A DNA stretch of 64,000 nt from Magallana gigas (lineage: Eukaryota): NCBI RefSeq assembly GCF_963853765.1, contig NC_088859.1:930001-994000 (forward strand), read 5' to 3'. Within the stretch, counting starts at the first letter, position 1, and each line of letters opens with the position of its first letter. Shown in pieces: positions 63,542-64,000 of the stretch. Below the pieces are notes generated by a model. That model ran no database searches and was not told where the DNA came from. It worked only from the letters and a program-made list of their open reading frames with translations. The translations under genes were made by a program, and so were the position numbers.

Positions 63542-64000
63542 GTAAGTTCTCCATGCAATACACTGTGAACAGCTTTCAGTCCGGGTGTAATCAGTGTCAG
63601 CTAGAGTTTTAAGGTTTATGATATGGTTTTATGGCTTGTGTATGATTCTGTTAGTCTCAAAGTTTAATCCAAGATTTTACCTGTTTGATTAATCAGTGAA
63701 TTACATGTAAGACTTAAAGTTGTGAATGATAAATTTAATTACATTTAGAAGTGATTTTGTTGTACAATATTATATAAATCATATATACATTTATTTTTTT
63801 TGAAGTAGGTTCATCATTTTAGTAAGAAAAAGGGGGGTTTCTCGAGCATTTAATGATAAAAGCACATAATTTTGATTTTACAAAGTTACAAAAAATACAA
63901 TAGACTGGCAATAAAAATTTTCCGATGGCCAGGTCATGTTGGAGAGAGGCCATCTTGTTATTATGAAATAGAATGTAGATATAGAATTAATGAGTTGGGA

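Overview
AT-rich, intron-containing animal genomic DNA. The gene set, repeat families and cGAS-like gene expansion suggest a bivalve mollusc, probably an oyster; this is an inference, not a database match. From left to right the window holds: (1) an intact cGAS-like receptor (cGLR; Mab-21 nucleotidyltransferase plus helical/TPR-like tail) on the minus strand; (2) SLC35E1 (6 exons, minus) head-to-head with fukutin (8 exons, plus); (3) two decayed tandem copies of the fukutin 3' exons, each with a cGLR antisense downstream of its exon-7 copy (one pseudogene, one intact), and a DIRS-like gag remnant at the first junction; (4) a repeat-rich gene-free stretch; (5) a VMAC-like gene head-to-head with ASF1; (6) tRNA-Cys(GCA); (7) the 5' part of DNAI3/WDR63, running off the window. 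The most notable observations are the cGLR/fukutin-3'-end duplication cassette, tandem reiteration of four of the seven fukutin splice donors, and several non-autonomous DNA transposons with 6- or 7-bp target-site duplications. Exon boundaries were read by hand from GT-AG sites and frame continuity; no alignments or searches were run.
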